A stretch of 50,893 bases of DNA, counting the filler, from Dirinaria sp. TL-2023a (Eukaryota): assembly GCA_051941275.1 (NCBI GenBank). It is 2 parts of 2 records of this genome, joined end to end, with 100 filler letters (N's around TTAATTAATTAA, not from the genome) between each part and the next. Parts side by side here need not be neighbours in the genome. Positions count along the whole stretch, not along the records: positions 25,554 to 50,893 come from JAVEBF010000174.1; 1 more part is not named here. One strand, given 5' to 3'. The translations under genes and the position numbers were made by a program. Positions 38,079 to 50,750 of the stretch are shown piece after piece. Under the pieces are notes generated by a model. The model did no database searches. It saw only the letters and a list, made by a program, of their open reading frames with translations, and was not told the origin of the DNA. Numbering within the stretch: the stretch's first letter is position 1; each line of letters opens with the position of its first letter.

Positions 38079-40260
38079 CGGTTGTGCAACTGAGCTCGAT
38101 GGATTTTGGGCTCTGTAACACGTTACTGAATATCCTAAGTCACTACAATGCCGGCAAGCTTACCCAGTGCCATCTTGGCCGCTTTGATTTACATTGGGCC
38201 CGCGAGGATGAAAACCACGGAAGGCCATTGTGTTCTAATCTAGCCGCTGGCAGTTTCTGGATACTCGCTGTGGCACCTGTGACAGCCGTCAAAGAGTAAA
38301 GATGACTCAGGTTTGAACGAGTAGGTGAGCGGAGAATTGAAGGCGTGATGGAAGTGAGGCTTCAAGTTGTCGATGAGATATTGACTTGCTAGTAATATTG
38401 ATGCAGCAGAAAATACTGACTTGGAAGTTATACTCCCAGAACAGCCTGAGTCGCGATTAAAGTGATGACAACAGGCAATGTAAAATAAGTTTGGGAGAGC
38501 TTCCAGTGAGCAATATTTTGAGCCCCGCCACCAAACGCCACAGTCCAATAACGAAGTACCAAGTGCCAGTTCGTCAAGTCACTCATGCGCATCGGTTTGG
38601 GCAGTCTCGAACGAAGTGAGCATGTTCAAAGCAGGGAGGCCGACAATTTACTTGGAAGGAGTAGAGCAAGGTACCTAAGATACCTTAGAGTGTAGAGGGA
38701 AGGAGGCAGCGTAGAAAATGAAGGCAGTACCGAGGCAGGAGCAGTCAGGAGGATATAATGAAGGAAGTTTGCCTCACCGATATATGTGAGGTACTTACTT
38801 GGTGAATCGGAATTTTCTAAGGTAAAGTGGTGCCCACTGCGCTACACAGCATAAGGTACATGTACGTTGCTGGACGTCAATCAAATGCTTAGAGACTTAA
38901 TAAGCGATTCATACTGGCCCCAAATGTTTATTTGTCACTAGGTTCATCCACCCTTTCCTGCAAGAACCCGGCTGGTAACGATCAGCAAACAGGTAACGGC
39001 AGCCACTACCTTTTCTAAAGAGAATAGGTAAGGAGATAAGGGCCGTATTACTTGCCGCAAGCATACTTTATCAACAGCTTCCGGTACGGAGATCATGCCA
39101 CAAGCATCTAACGAGTAAGGTATCAGGTAACCTACTCTTTGCGTTGCTCCAGCACGAAGTTATCTTTCTGCTTCTCTGCAAGCCATGAAAAACCTCCAAA
39201 GATTCACACGGAGTAAATCAAAGAAGAAGGCATACCATTATAGCCAAGCGTCGTCTTTCAGTCCAATGACTAGAGAAAATCCATGTTAACGAAGAGATCA
39301 TTTTGCCGTATGCCCTAGCGTCTTCGTGACTACTCAGATAGATTTGGTTGTGTCAGCTACAGGCCACCATCAACTGCGCAGTCCACAATGGTACTTCTTG
39401 ATCCAGGTATCGGCGAAGGTTAAACGAGCAATTGATCATTCCGGGTGGTCAATGATGGCCCTGCGATAGGCACAAGCATACCGTAGCAGCCGCGCCGGGA
39501 AGTTCAGCTTCTTCGATATATTTCTGCATTGTCTATGTCGCAGTCGTGCAGCCTTCATAAGGTATTTGATAAGTTAGATACCACCACAAACGGCGTGGCA
39601 CCTCCAACGATAATCACTCATATTGGCACGCCTCCACAGGATATCGCATACTACCAAGCTCCGTTCCCAAATACGTCTCTTTAGGCGAACTCCGTTTCGT
39701 CTCCTCCAAAGGTTTCACTGCATGGACCAAGAGATAAAGGCCCATCCTGGCGAAATCGCCATTTGTGGGGTCAAGCTCGATATCACTGCTTGATACAGTA
39801 GTGCCGAGTACAAGTAAGGTAGGCGTAGAAGAGTAAGGTAGCTGATACAAGTTAGATCGAGAATATGAGACAGCACATGACAAAAGAGCATACTTAGTAA
39901 GGTGACTGTACCTACATGTAGGTACCTCCTGGTATTTAAAGTACTCGTACATGTACTTTACTCCAAGTCTATCAAGCGCGTCGCAGAATAGCAAAGGGCG
40001 TTGGTACGTGCATAAGGTAGGTGATCATAAGGTAGCTTTTTACCCAGGCTGCTAGGCAAGGTATTAATAATTAGTGAACCATATGATTACAAATGTTGAT
40101 ATCATACGGCATCATGGATTCTTTCTGCCTTCAATACATGCATGTCTGTGGATGCAGGCTAGAAGTGAGGGGCAAACCTTCCCACTTGTCTAGGGTCGAC
40201 CACTGCGCAATTTTTCCTCTGCAGAAAGCAGAGTAAGAATCCAAAGTACAGAAGCCTGCG

Positions 40261-41917
40261 ATGGATCCGTTCGTGGAGGAAGAGCTCGCCAAACTTGCCC
40301 CTTTGGTGGCATCAACAACTCATCTGCACCACAATTGGGCCCAAACGTATTTCTCCCGTCCGGAACTTTACATTCAACCGCGCACAACGGAAGAGATCCA
40401 GAAGGTCGTCCATTTAGCGCGAAGATGTCGTCGGAGACTGGTCGTCATTGGGTGCGCCCACTCGCCATCGGATCTGACATGCACTTCCTCCTGGATGGTG
40501 AACTTGGACCATTACAGCCAGATCTTGGACCTGAACAAGGACACCCGCGTGGTAGTCATGCAAGCAGGTATCCGCCTACACGACTTACAAGAAAAGGTCA
40601 AGGAGCAGGGTTTGATGATGCCAAATGTATGGCTTCATTGCCGAGCTCCATATACCTCCAGCTGACGACTTCTAGATCGGCGCCATCGACCAGCAATCGA
40701 TTGCCGGCGCATTAGCGACAGCGACCCACGGTAGTTCTACGAGGCATGGCATCCTTGCAGAATCAGTTCTGCAATTGAAGATCATGCTCGCCAATGGAAG
40801 GACAGTATCGTGTTCCCCACAATCAAACGTCGACCTCTTTCGAGCGGCTTCGGTCAGCTTAGGAGCTTTGGGTATCATCATCGAGGTTACATTCAAAATG
40901 GACCCCTTCTTCAACGTTGAGTGGTCGCAAAGCCTCCATCCTCTCGAAGACTTGCTTGCGCAGTGGGAGAAGGGATTGTGGACAGAGTACGAATTTACTC
41001 GTCTGTGGTGGATGCCCTACACGAAGCGTGCTGTGAAGTGGAGAGCGAACAAGACAGACAAGTCGCACCATCCGCCGCTCGCGAATTGGTGGATTGGCTC
41101 AGTGGGCTTTCACGGACATCAGTTTCTTCATTATGTGGCGCAGTGGGTGCCTAGCCTACTGCCTGCCATCGAGTCGTTGCTCGTCAATGTGCAGTATGGC
41201 TTTAAAGATGGTGCTGGTACGACTGCTGTGGAAAACGGCCATACTGGGCTTCTGACAGACGCTCTGTACTCTCAGCTCGTCAATGAGTGGGCTATACCTC
41301 TACACAAAGGACCCGAGGCCATCTCTCGCTTGTCAGCTTGGCTTAATGGTGATGACGTTGGCTCACGTATACCCTTCAGCTCCAAAGGCGTATATGTACA
41401 TGGACCAATTGAGGTACGTGTAACCGACAGCTCTAACACCTCGCCACGACCATATCTGGACTTCACTATTTCTAATGGACCAACTCTTTTCTTCAATGCT
41501 ACCCTGTACCGGCCATACCGTTGCGACCCACCTTGTCGAAAACAATACTATGAAGCGTTCGAATACCTGATGAAAGAGCTAGGCGGACGACCACACTGGG
41601 CGAAAAGCTTTTGCACTGTCACTAGCGAAGACTTTCAAAATATGTATCCAACGCTCACGGATTGGAGACAGGTACGGAACGAGGTTGATCCAGATGGCAT
41701 GTTCGTTGGCGACTGGCATCGCAGGTACCTTCTCCCAACAGGTACAGAGGAGCTACCGCTACAGCTAGAAGAACGCAAGCTCAGGACTGAAGGATTGTAT
41801 GAGGGCGGGCAAGTTTGGTTTGGAGCAAACCCCACTAAAGGATGTACGCCACACACCAGCGAAGAAAGTTTTGAGATGATGCATGGCGTAGAGGCTGAGA
41901 AGAGCTCAATCCTATAA
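40261..41917 (+). CDS. ALO1: D-arabinono-1,4-lactone oxidase-like FAD oxidase
   Basis: HNWAQTY, GCAHSPSDL (flavinylated His), ATATHGSS, VSLGALGII, PIEVRV, GGRPHWAK, VDPDGMF. Intron 40627-40675. Confidence 0.9.
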
Positions 41918-43352
41918 TGAACAAGTGCGGACAGTGATGAGAAAGCAGAAGAGCTCTAACATTGAGGGCACGGAAATCGCCCCGCGCGACTCACAACGAT
42001 CATGCATAACCCACGAGGACCTTGGCCAGTAGATTGGAAGAGGAAACCAACAACTCAAACGAAGCAAACACCTACTATTTTCTAGTTTGTCACGTCTCAA
42101 CATAATCTGGAATAGCTGGCGCCCCAGAGACCACAAAGCCAAACGACGCACAGACAAAGATACGAAAGATTCCAATGGACCGCCTTCGCTCGATAGAAGG
42201 TACTGAAGCTGACGGAGGTCACAATTAAGATCTGGCTCTGACTTCTATCACGCATTGGTGTCTAAGGTACTGCTTGGCTTTCGCACAGCATTTAGATCAA
42301 TTCTACGAACTTTCCTCGTCTTCGAGAACCATTCCCAATGCCGGCCTATGATTATGATGGATAGTGTCCTGAAACCAATACCCTCCACCTCTACAACTGC
42401 TGCCTACTTGATTTTTTTATGACCGCGGGGGCATTAGAAAAGATATCAATACTACGGCCATGAGCCCTTACCCGGAATCTCTTTGTAACATAGCATGTTG
42501 GCTTTCAAGTACCTATCTAACTCAGATGGCCGGCGCTTAAGACACGTAAGGTTGGCCACTATGAAATCTGGACCAGAACGCCATGCGTGGGTAGGTTTCT
42601 GCAAGCAACATGCGCAAACACTGCACGACTGATCAGCTCGGAGGGGGGGATCTCCTGAGCTTTGCCAGCTGTCTACAATTTCTGCCGATCGCGAAAGAAG
42701 AAAACCCAGGCCGCTTCGGACTATTATTCTCCGTTGTTTAAATACTTATTCGATCACCAACGCATTCAATGATAGCAATCTTAAACGACTTTGCCATGAC
42801 CACGGATCTCAAAATTGGATGAATCGCTTGGGCACAATGTAACTTAATCTGGACGCGAGAGCACTACTACTGCTGCGGGTTCAAAGGACTTTGAAGGTAC
42901 GAACCGTTCTTGAAGCCAAGTTTCACAAAGGCCGGGGAAGCCAGATCTCCAATGCTCCAGCCGAACCTATCACGCTGTACCCAAACCATGCGAGAATAGA
43001 TAACCGACCATGTACGATAACCGACAACATGCGTTACAAGTACATACACTTGGCATGCGGGTTGATCATGATTTGCCCAATATGCGCTACCTGTTGAAGT
43101 CGAACAGAATGGAAGGTGGCTGTCTCAGGTAGGTAGTAGCTGAAATGGTCAGCCATGATGCCTAAGCGGGCTTTCGTTTGGCGACGAACGACTAGGAAAG
43201 ACCTCGAGAATGCTTCGAGAGACTTCACCTTGCAGCTTCCGCAGTTGCTTCACCCAGTCTACATTTCATTTACAGAGGCAAAGCCAATCGATGGCCGTTG
43301 AATGCTATAATTGCCACCACCACTGTGTCATCTGCGCGTAATTCAGAGGAAC

Positions 43353-43916
43353 ATGTGGCTCTTGAGCCTATCTCACTTGTTGCTCGCTGTGTCGTTAGCG
43401 CAGAATTCAATCCACAGATGCATTGCACACCCTTTGCGGAATATGGACGCTTCCTGTCCTCCGACATCACATCTTCTCCTTGAAGACAAATCAGATCTCT
43501 CGATCGGGCCTGAGTTGACGCTGCAACAAAGAGACCCCAATGAATACATGGCTCATCTCGGGTTCGGCTGGGCTCAGACCTTCCAAGAGTTCAATTCCTG
43601 GCTGCCTGCTCGGACAGCGATAAGCACTCTTGAGTCATTTTACAAGGGCATGCTGTACAATGCGCAAATTGTTTGGCCTGTTGCGAGCCCTAGCCAGGCG
43701 CTCCTGGTGAGGCAAGGCGCTCTTACGTTCAGGTTATATTGCGATAAACAACCTATTCCTTGGAGCATGGTTAAGGACATTGTAAAGGTGTTCTTGGATG
43801 CCACCGAGCTAGGCTTTAACGGCAGATACGAAGGGAAATTTGTGTATCTCGGGACGGCTGCGACAATCACGACGATCTATGTGAGCTTGAAAGTTAACCC
43901 GCTTCAAACCATATAA
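43353..43916 (+). CDS. Secreted orphan protein
   Basis: Signal peptide MWLLSLSHLLLAVSLA; mature region LESFY...W...GALTFRLYC...IPWSMV...GFNGRYEG. Confidence 0.75.
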   Translation: MWLLSLSHLLLAVSLAQNSIHRCIAHPLRNMDASCPPTSHLLLEDKSDLSIGPELTLQQRDPNEYMAHLGFGWAQTFQEFNSWLPARTAISTLESFYKGMLYNAQIVWPVASPSQALLVRQGALTFRLYCDKQPIPWSMVKDIVKVFLDATELGFNGRYEGKFVYLGTAATITTIYVSLKVNPLQTI

Positions 43917-46174
43917 GGAGACAGAAGAGTAGACCCATAGATCAAGACCCCTTGAACGGAAGGACAGGCTCTTGTATCGCAATCGGTAAAGCAGTCTCCT
44001 TCGGCACACCAAGCTTTAGTATGTACTCTTGAAAACTTACCCAGGTACCTTGCGCGATGACGCCCATGGTTATCCTGTGGGTGCTCATTCTTAGTACGTT
44101 GCCGCAGAAGCATGACCATCAAGATCGAAGCACCAGAACCGGCCGTGACGCTGTCCTCGCAGACTAGGTTATCTGGAAGATTGCTCCGTGATGGATTTGC
44201 GTATCGTGGTCGCTTTGAGAATATCTTCGAGCTCTTGAGCACTGATTTTTGTGAGACTGAACTACTCAACACAGCGGCATGCATCTGGGTTTCTGGAATA
44301 TATGGGATCTGGGCGCATAACGAAGGAGTTTTCGAATAGAGATAATCGCTATCAAGTTTTCTACCTTGAGAATGGCAAATTCCTCCCTCTAAACGCTACA
44401 CATCCTGATCGCCGACGATCCCACAGGTTATTGGTCTTGAGCAAAGACGAACGACAATTACGTGAACGCCGCCACAGTAGACACGGCTATGCCACTATTT
44501 TGCTAGAAACTTTCTGTCAGAGGCCAACGCTCATCGACCGCAAGATCAGACAAGTGGGCTTAGTAGCAGTCGCTTGATCGATTTGATAATTGAACGCTTG
44601 GCAACCAGTTTCCTGGAGATGATCAATTCCCGCCTCTCTCCCGTGAGTTATGCCCTTGATACGCTGTGGCCTCGGCAAATGAGTTCCAATGCTGACTTCT
44701 GACGATCAGCCGACATCAGTCCTTCCAAGCTGGCACGATTCGCTGTGTCTAGTATCTGCAATAGCGTCGAAGCTGAACAAACGCCACCATGGCTTGAGCA
44801 TCGTATATGAATAGTCAATGGGATCTGGCATCGCAGCAAGGGGCTCGATGACTTGCAGATCGGTGCAGTGTTCGGTTAAAAGAATGTCAATGGTTTAGGT
44901 AAGGTAGTGGAAGCATGTCTAGAGCAACAGCCATGCAGCCATATGCCAAAAATTATTGCGCCGGCGCCCAAGTCTTCCAACCGGATGGTAACCTAGTACC
45001 TAAGTCATTCCCCGCAGCTATGTATGTATGTATTGGTGGATTCCTTGGGATGCGGAATTGCGGATGGAGAAACGCAGAAGGCGGCTGATCACTTTCCCCA
45101 GCAAGCAAAGCGTTCCATGCGAAAACCCGCCAGGCAAGTAGACTAACCTTATTTCGAACCGATATGCAGTTAAAGTACTGGACTAGCACGGTAGATACGA
45201 GTACAAGTACGTCTGTACTTATCTTTTCAACGCCACCAAACAACTCAATCCCCACAGGAGACGGCAGCACACCAGATTACACACGTGAAAGAGGCTGATT
45301 TTTACTTGTCCCTATTATTGCGATCGTGAGAAAGAGAGAAGGGGGGGGGGGGATTTTTTTAATTATACCCTATCCTCGACGCTTTTCTTTATACAAAATG
45401 ACTTTGAATGGTCTTCGCGCTTCGATGGGCCCAAAAAGATCTCATGAAGTCGAAGGAATGATGCCAATATACCTACCATACCCTCAAGATCAAAGCAAGC
45501 TCTACTCATGTTCAACAGTTAAGGTACTTTCAAGCTTGCCACTATTAATGCCAAGGCTACTGGGAAAGGGCCCGCGCGGAATAGGTTCGTTCTTAAGGGA
45601 ACAGAAAGCGCCCCAGGCCCCAGCCAGTGGAAGGGATTCCGACTCCATCTACGATCCGACTGAAAGCGCACCGGGTATGATTATTAGATAAAGTATGCCA
45701 TGACGTCGAAGCTCTTTCATTCAACTTCGTCGACAAGGATAGAGTTCGACTAGTCGCTTGATGCAACTATTTGAGTGTGCGAGCCTGCAATCGACTAATA
45801 ACTTCCCGTTGATTCGGCTTGACATGAGGAACCACAATGGTAAGGTAGCCAGTCCAAGGGGTTGGTCTTTAGAACCCGTGGGTGGCCAATAGCTACCTTA
45901 CTAAAGATGTTAGTACCTAAACAAGTTCCGCCCCGCGTGCCACCTGAAACGATCGGTACGGTCTTTGGTCTGTGAAGACTGTGAACCTCTAAGCACACAA
46001 AGGCCGGGCAAGCACAGTTTGTTCAAATATTGCCTCAAGCTGCACTAGGGGGGAACGATTATCCATCTCGTCTGCAATGTAGGATATCTCGAGTTATTAC
46101 ATACTCGCAAAACATTAACTCATCCTTTCTTTTACCCTCTGAATCTGCTCGAACATCAATGCGCTACCACTATC

Positions 46175-47672
46175 ATGGCTTCCATGGACGTCCTCACGCA
46201 TCTCGTAAGAAAGCAGCAAGTCCAAGGTCTCTCTCCGGCTCCAGCTGGCGTGACACCACCCAACTTCGTACATCCAGTTTCTCACGGTCACTACCTGTCC
46301 CTCGCCAGCGTGTCGTGCATCGTCATCGCCGCCATTTTCGTCTTCGCTAGGCTTTGGGTGAAGCTGATTATCAGTCATGCCCCTGGCTGGGATGACGGTA
46401 AGTCCTCACGAGCGAAGGTTCTCAGATGCGCTGCTGATTTGCGGGAAAGTGACCGCAGTTGCCGCACTCGTACGTTACGTGTCAGCTCAAAATCGTACTG
46501 AAAATGCTCACTCTAGCCATCCTTAGATCTGCTCGCTAGCATTTTCCATCCTTAATATCATCAGTATGCCACTGCATACGTTCCCAAGGATTCGCCACTA
46601 ACGTGGAGCAGCTGTCAATCGCTGGGGATTGGCCCATCATGTCTGGGAAGTTCCAGCAATATCGCTGAAACCGTTTCTCCAGGTGCGCGGATCTTCTCAT
46701 CGACTATGGCATGCAACCGACGGCTAATACATCTAGTCAAGGCTGGTATCGCACAGGGTTGCATATACGGTTTCGCCACTTACTGGGCCAAGCTCACCAT
46801 TGTACTCTTACTACTTCGTATTTTCGGCGTCGACAACCGATTTAGGCTTGCCGCTTGGATTCTAATCATTTTCTGGACGCTCTATTTGATTATAGGGCAG
46901 TTCCTTCTCATTTTCCATTGCTCGCCTACCAACAAATCATGGGATCCACTTCTTCCGGGCCATTGCCTCAATATCACTCGCCTTGGCATTGCCAGTGGTT
47001 ATGTCTACATCATCTACGACTTCTTCTTTATACTTTTACCGGTACCTATGGTCTGGCGGCTTCAACTAGCAACAAAGCTCAAGCTTGGGGTCATCTCCGT
47101 TTTCTTGACAGGGATATTGTAAATCTCTGAGCTTTCATCTTGACAGTCCCCTGCTAATTAGAAATTTGCAGCGCAATGGTGGCGAGCATTATCCGACAAG
47201 TCGAAGTCTACGGATCAATCAACAACCCCGATTATACTTGGACTAATTCAAATAATCTGATCTGGCTGTGAGTCCTGCAGATTGTGTTCAGCATGTGCTG
47301 GGGCTACAATTGTGGGAACTAATACCGGATAGTGTGATTGAGACTAATGTGGGCCTTATTTGTGGCTGCATGCCCGTCTTACGACCGCTTTTCTCCAGAG
47401 CACTCGATTCGTCGTCTTACGGTGGGAAGCAAAAGGCATACCCGACAACGGATTATAAGCAACGCCTTGGCCGAAGCAAGGCCAGCGCTCCTGGCAAATC
47501 TTGCGACGAGTCCGGTCTCATGGACGCCAGCTACTTTGAACTTGGTCCGCCACAGAACAATCACATCACCATTAGTACCACCCAGGAGCAGCCGTCGCGC
47601 AATGATCACGGAATAATCAAAACGCAGGTTTTTGGCACGGATGTTGCGTACCGAGAGCGCGGTCCCTGTTGA
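46175..47672 (+). CDS. PTH11-like (rhodopsin-domain) integral membrane protein
   Basis: SPAPAGVTPPNFVHP, FVFARLWVK..GWDD, AKLTIVLLLLRIF, CSPTNKSWDP, DFFFILLPVPMVWRLQL, IETNVGLICGCMP. At least six short introns. Confidence 0.9.
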
Positions 47673-47948
47673 GGTTGCAACATGGTACTCTCATAAACTT
47701 CCTGAGATCGCAACACAAGGTAACTGCCTGCTTCAAGATGGAAGCGCTCAAGCAAACATCGGGCGCGATGGCTGGAAAATCTGTACTTGAAGACGATGTA
47801 GAGCAAGGCAAGTATCGGGTGGAGAGGACAGGGAAGAGATTTTAATGTAAAACTCATGTTTATAAGTGCATACTACTTACACGATGATGAATCTGACGGT
47901 GTGTATCTCTCAGCATAACGGTAGCGTCAAGCTCGTCTTTTCTTTCCA

Positions 47949-48077
47949 ACCCCCAAGAAGCCAGGGTTAGGGTTAAACTTCAAAAATTCTCTCAATGATT
48001 CAAAGTCTTACCACGCATCTATGATACAAATCAAAAATTGAATATGATGTAGCCCTAACCCTGGCTCCTTGAGGGGT
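47949..48077. mobile_element. MITE-like inverted-repeat element with telomere-like arms
   Basis: Left arm acccccaagaagccagggttagggttaaacttca (47949-47982) matches the reverse complement of the right arm, acccctcaaggagccagggttagggctacatca (48045-48077). The spacer is AT-rich. Confidence 0.55.
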
Positions 48078-49413
48078 AAGATACCTTACCTATCTAATGT
48101 ACTTACCTTACAGGTAGTTGACTAATAGTCCGAGGCCCGCGTTGACGCCTCTTAGGGGGCCAGCAGTAGTAGTATGTGGCAACTGCAAATCGCGATCCTT
48201 CACGCACCCAGAGATCGTGTACGAGAAGGCACGGGACCGATCAAAGTGTGACTCGCGGTCTTTTTGTAAAAGGCTTATACAAAAATTTGCGTAAGGTAAG
48301 GTAGGGATCGTCGTTATGGCAGCCAGCATCGTTTGACTCACGCTTGCCCTGACTCTCATTAATCATAAAACGTTGAAAAGCTATTCTTTTCGATTCTTCG
48401 TTGATCGCGCTTCTCGGAACCGTCACTCTCGTTTCCTCGTTCTCAGGCATCATGGTGCCCTTAACACTATCAGCTCTGCCAACATCTGTCCGGGCCTGTG
48501 AGACGATAATTGTATATCGTGGCGCAGTCTAGGTCAACATCTAATCCCAAGATGTAGTGGCAATCCATACAGTATTCATTCATGATGTTCAGCAACGCTA
48601 CCATAGGTGATCGCTACGATCCCAATGTGCATATATTGACTGGACGAATCGATGCCCCGAAACTGAGCCTTGGCAGCTAAAGAAGAAAACTTCCACCCGA
48701 CTGCGAAGAATTGCGCGTCTATCACAGGAGATCCTATGAGGTATTTGAGCGCTACTTTCCCATGGAAGTACATTGATCTGGTGATTACAGAGCTCGAGGA
48801 ATCTTGCGTACCCGGCAAGAGCACGATAAGTGCTGGATCAGTATCTGCATCCCGTCATTACCAACATCACGGAACGGGTTAGGCGACTCTTTGGCCGCGC
48901 GTGAGTCACGCGAATTGATGGCTTCACTGCCATGCTTGATAATCATTGTGGCTTCGAGTCCAAATTCGTGATTCTCCACGACTAGAATGCGCAGTTGTCG
49001 GTGTGTTCCACGATCGGGTAGGATATTCTCTGCTTTTCTGCTTTATGCCCTGTTCCTTACCCATACCTTATTGTTGCTGTCTGACATATATTGAATTGCA
49101 AGAATATGTTGCGCTATCTGGACAAGCGCATGCTAGGCTCCATCATACATACAGGACCTGTTTTACAACATGTTGTGATGATGTGATGTGGCAATTCGCG
49201 ATGACTCACGCGTGATCACGTGATTTTTCGCCACCAAAGAATCCGATAGACACATGACTCACTCACTATGCTTGTCCGAGTCAGAAAATCCACATTGGAG
49301 GGGGAGGGGGAGGGGGAGGAGCAGGTACATAACGAGTGTCGGCTTCCTCTTCCCTCTGTCCAAAGTCCCCAGCCCTCCAATCCTCCAGTCTCTACCTATA
49401 TTCCACTTTCAAC

Positions 49414-49764
49414 ATGAGCCGGCACAATCGTCGCCGGACTCGACCCAGCCGCAGAGCTTGCGGTATGCTTGATTCATCCATTAAGTTCGAATTGCCAGCC
49501 CACTGCATGACCGAGACGAGAGATCTGGACCGCCTTGCGCCGCCGCTGCAGACTTTGGTACGACGAGGTGATGCCTCAGCGCAGCACTGGCACAACCGCT
49601 TCACAGCCTGGAAGAACAGGGAAAAGCGGCAGCGGGAGGAACGCCAAAAGCTAATGGAAGAGCGCCGGCGATTGTTCGGAGGTGAGAAAGAAGAGCCGGA
49701 TGAAAGCGACCTGTGCTCGAAGATGTTGGAGTATTTTGAAGGGTTGGACTACATTGAAATGTAA
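49414..49764 (+). CDS. Small basic hypothetical protein
   Basis: 116-aa ORF in good ATG context (caacATG): MSRHNRRRTR...HWHNRFTAWKNREKRQREE...RLFGGE...YFEGLDYIEM*. Confidence 0.7.
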   Translation: MSRHNRRRTRPSRRACGMLDSSIKFELPAHCMTETRDLDRLAPPLQTLVRRGDASAQHWHNRFTAWKNREKRQREERQKLMEERRRLFGGEKEEPDESDLCSKMLEYFEGLDYIEM

Positions 49765-50433
49765 AATCTGCGGCATCCAACCGCGCATAACCCAACGCTC
49801 CTTTCATGCCCTACGATAATAACGCTCGTTTACTATTTTTATGGAGGGACAATCACGGAACGCGCAAAACACCCTTTTCAGCATCCATAACCCTCAAAAG
49901 GCTATATACCGAACACTCCTTCAAAAAAACATATTACTCACCCTCATCGCGCTTTTTGGCACGCAGGACCTGCTGTTCACATACTCGTCTTTCCATCATT
50001 TCTGGGAGAAGATCTATTGCGCTGTTACTGCTGCCCAGCAAACATAGTCGCAGACATGATCATATTCTCGGCCGTCATTCCTCATCACGTTCGTTACACC
50101 TTCTAGATCTGGCAGCGTGCTTCCAATCGCGGACTCTATCTGGCTCTAAAGTCTTGTGCATCATTCTTTACCATATACACATAAAGACAATCTCTCCTCC
50201 ATCAACGAAATAAACGAGCATTTTATTCTTATTATATCTCATCGATCATAGCGAGTGCCACTTTAGCATTTCCTCATTTTGGGTGGCTTTCTCATGTCAC
50301 GGCGTTGTAGGAGTTACTAGGCATACCTTGGTGGAATCCATCTCTCTAACATTGCACCACCACACAAAATCAATTCAATCCCATCCCCATTCCCATCGCA
50401 ACCAACAAACTATAAAAAAAAACTTAAACCACA

Positions 50434-50548
50434 AACGAGGAAGCGGCTCGTAACAATGTCCATCAGACCTCTCATATCAGGAAAACAATCCGAGCTGAGG
50501 AGGAAGGAAGGACATGGCCTCTAAACAAAAAAACCCTCGATCGAACAA
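50434..50548 (-). ncRNA. Candidate hairpin small-RNA locus, copy 1
   Basis: Carries the invariant 25-mer aacgaggaagcggctcgtaacaatg (50434-50458). It self-pairs through cgagg/cctcg and atgtcc/ggacat. Strand is inferred from copy 2. Confidence 0.4.
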
Positions 50549-50750
50549 CAAATCTGATTCTCTTGCACAGCTCGATAAATTTCCCATCCTGGCCACTACC
50601 TTCTCTTCTAAAGCGGCGTTTGTAAAAAGGTTCGTACCATACACGTGCGCAGAGCACACATCGCAAAACACAATTCCACCTCGACTCTAGATTGACACCC
50701 ACCCCCACACAGCCCCAGAGACTCTCCTGCACCAAAAAGAAAAAGAAAAG

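Noticed and set aside
44040..44600. Overlapping short plus-strand ORFs that might be a pseudogene
   Set aside because: No recognisable motif or splice model.
49878..50088. Possible minus-strand box C (GTGATGA) and box D (CTGA) snoRNA
   Set aside because: About 210 nt apart, with no terminal stem or rRNA antisense element recognised.
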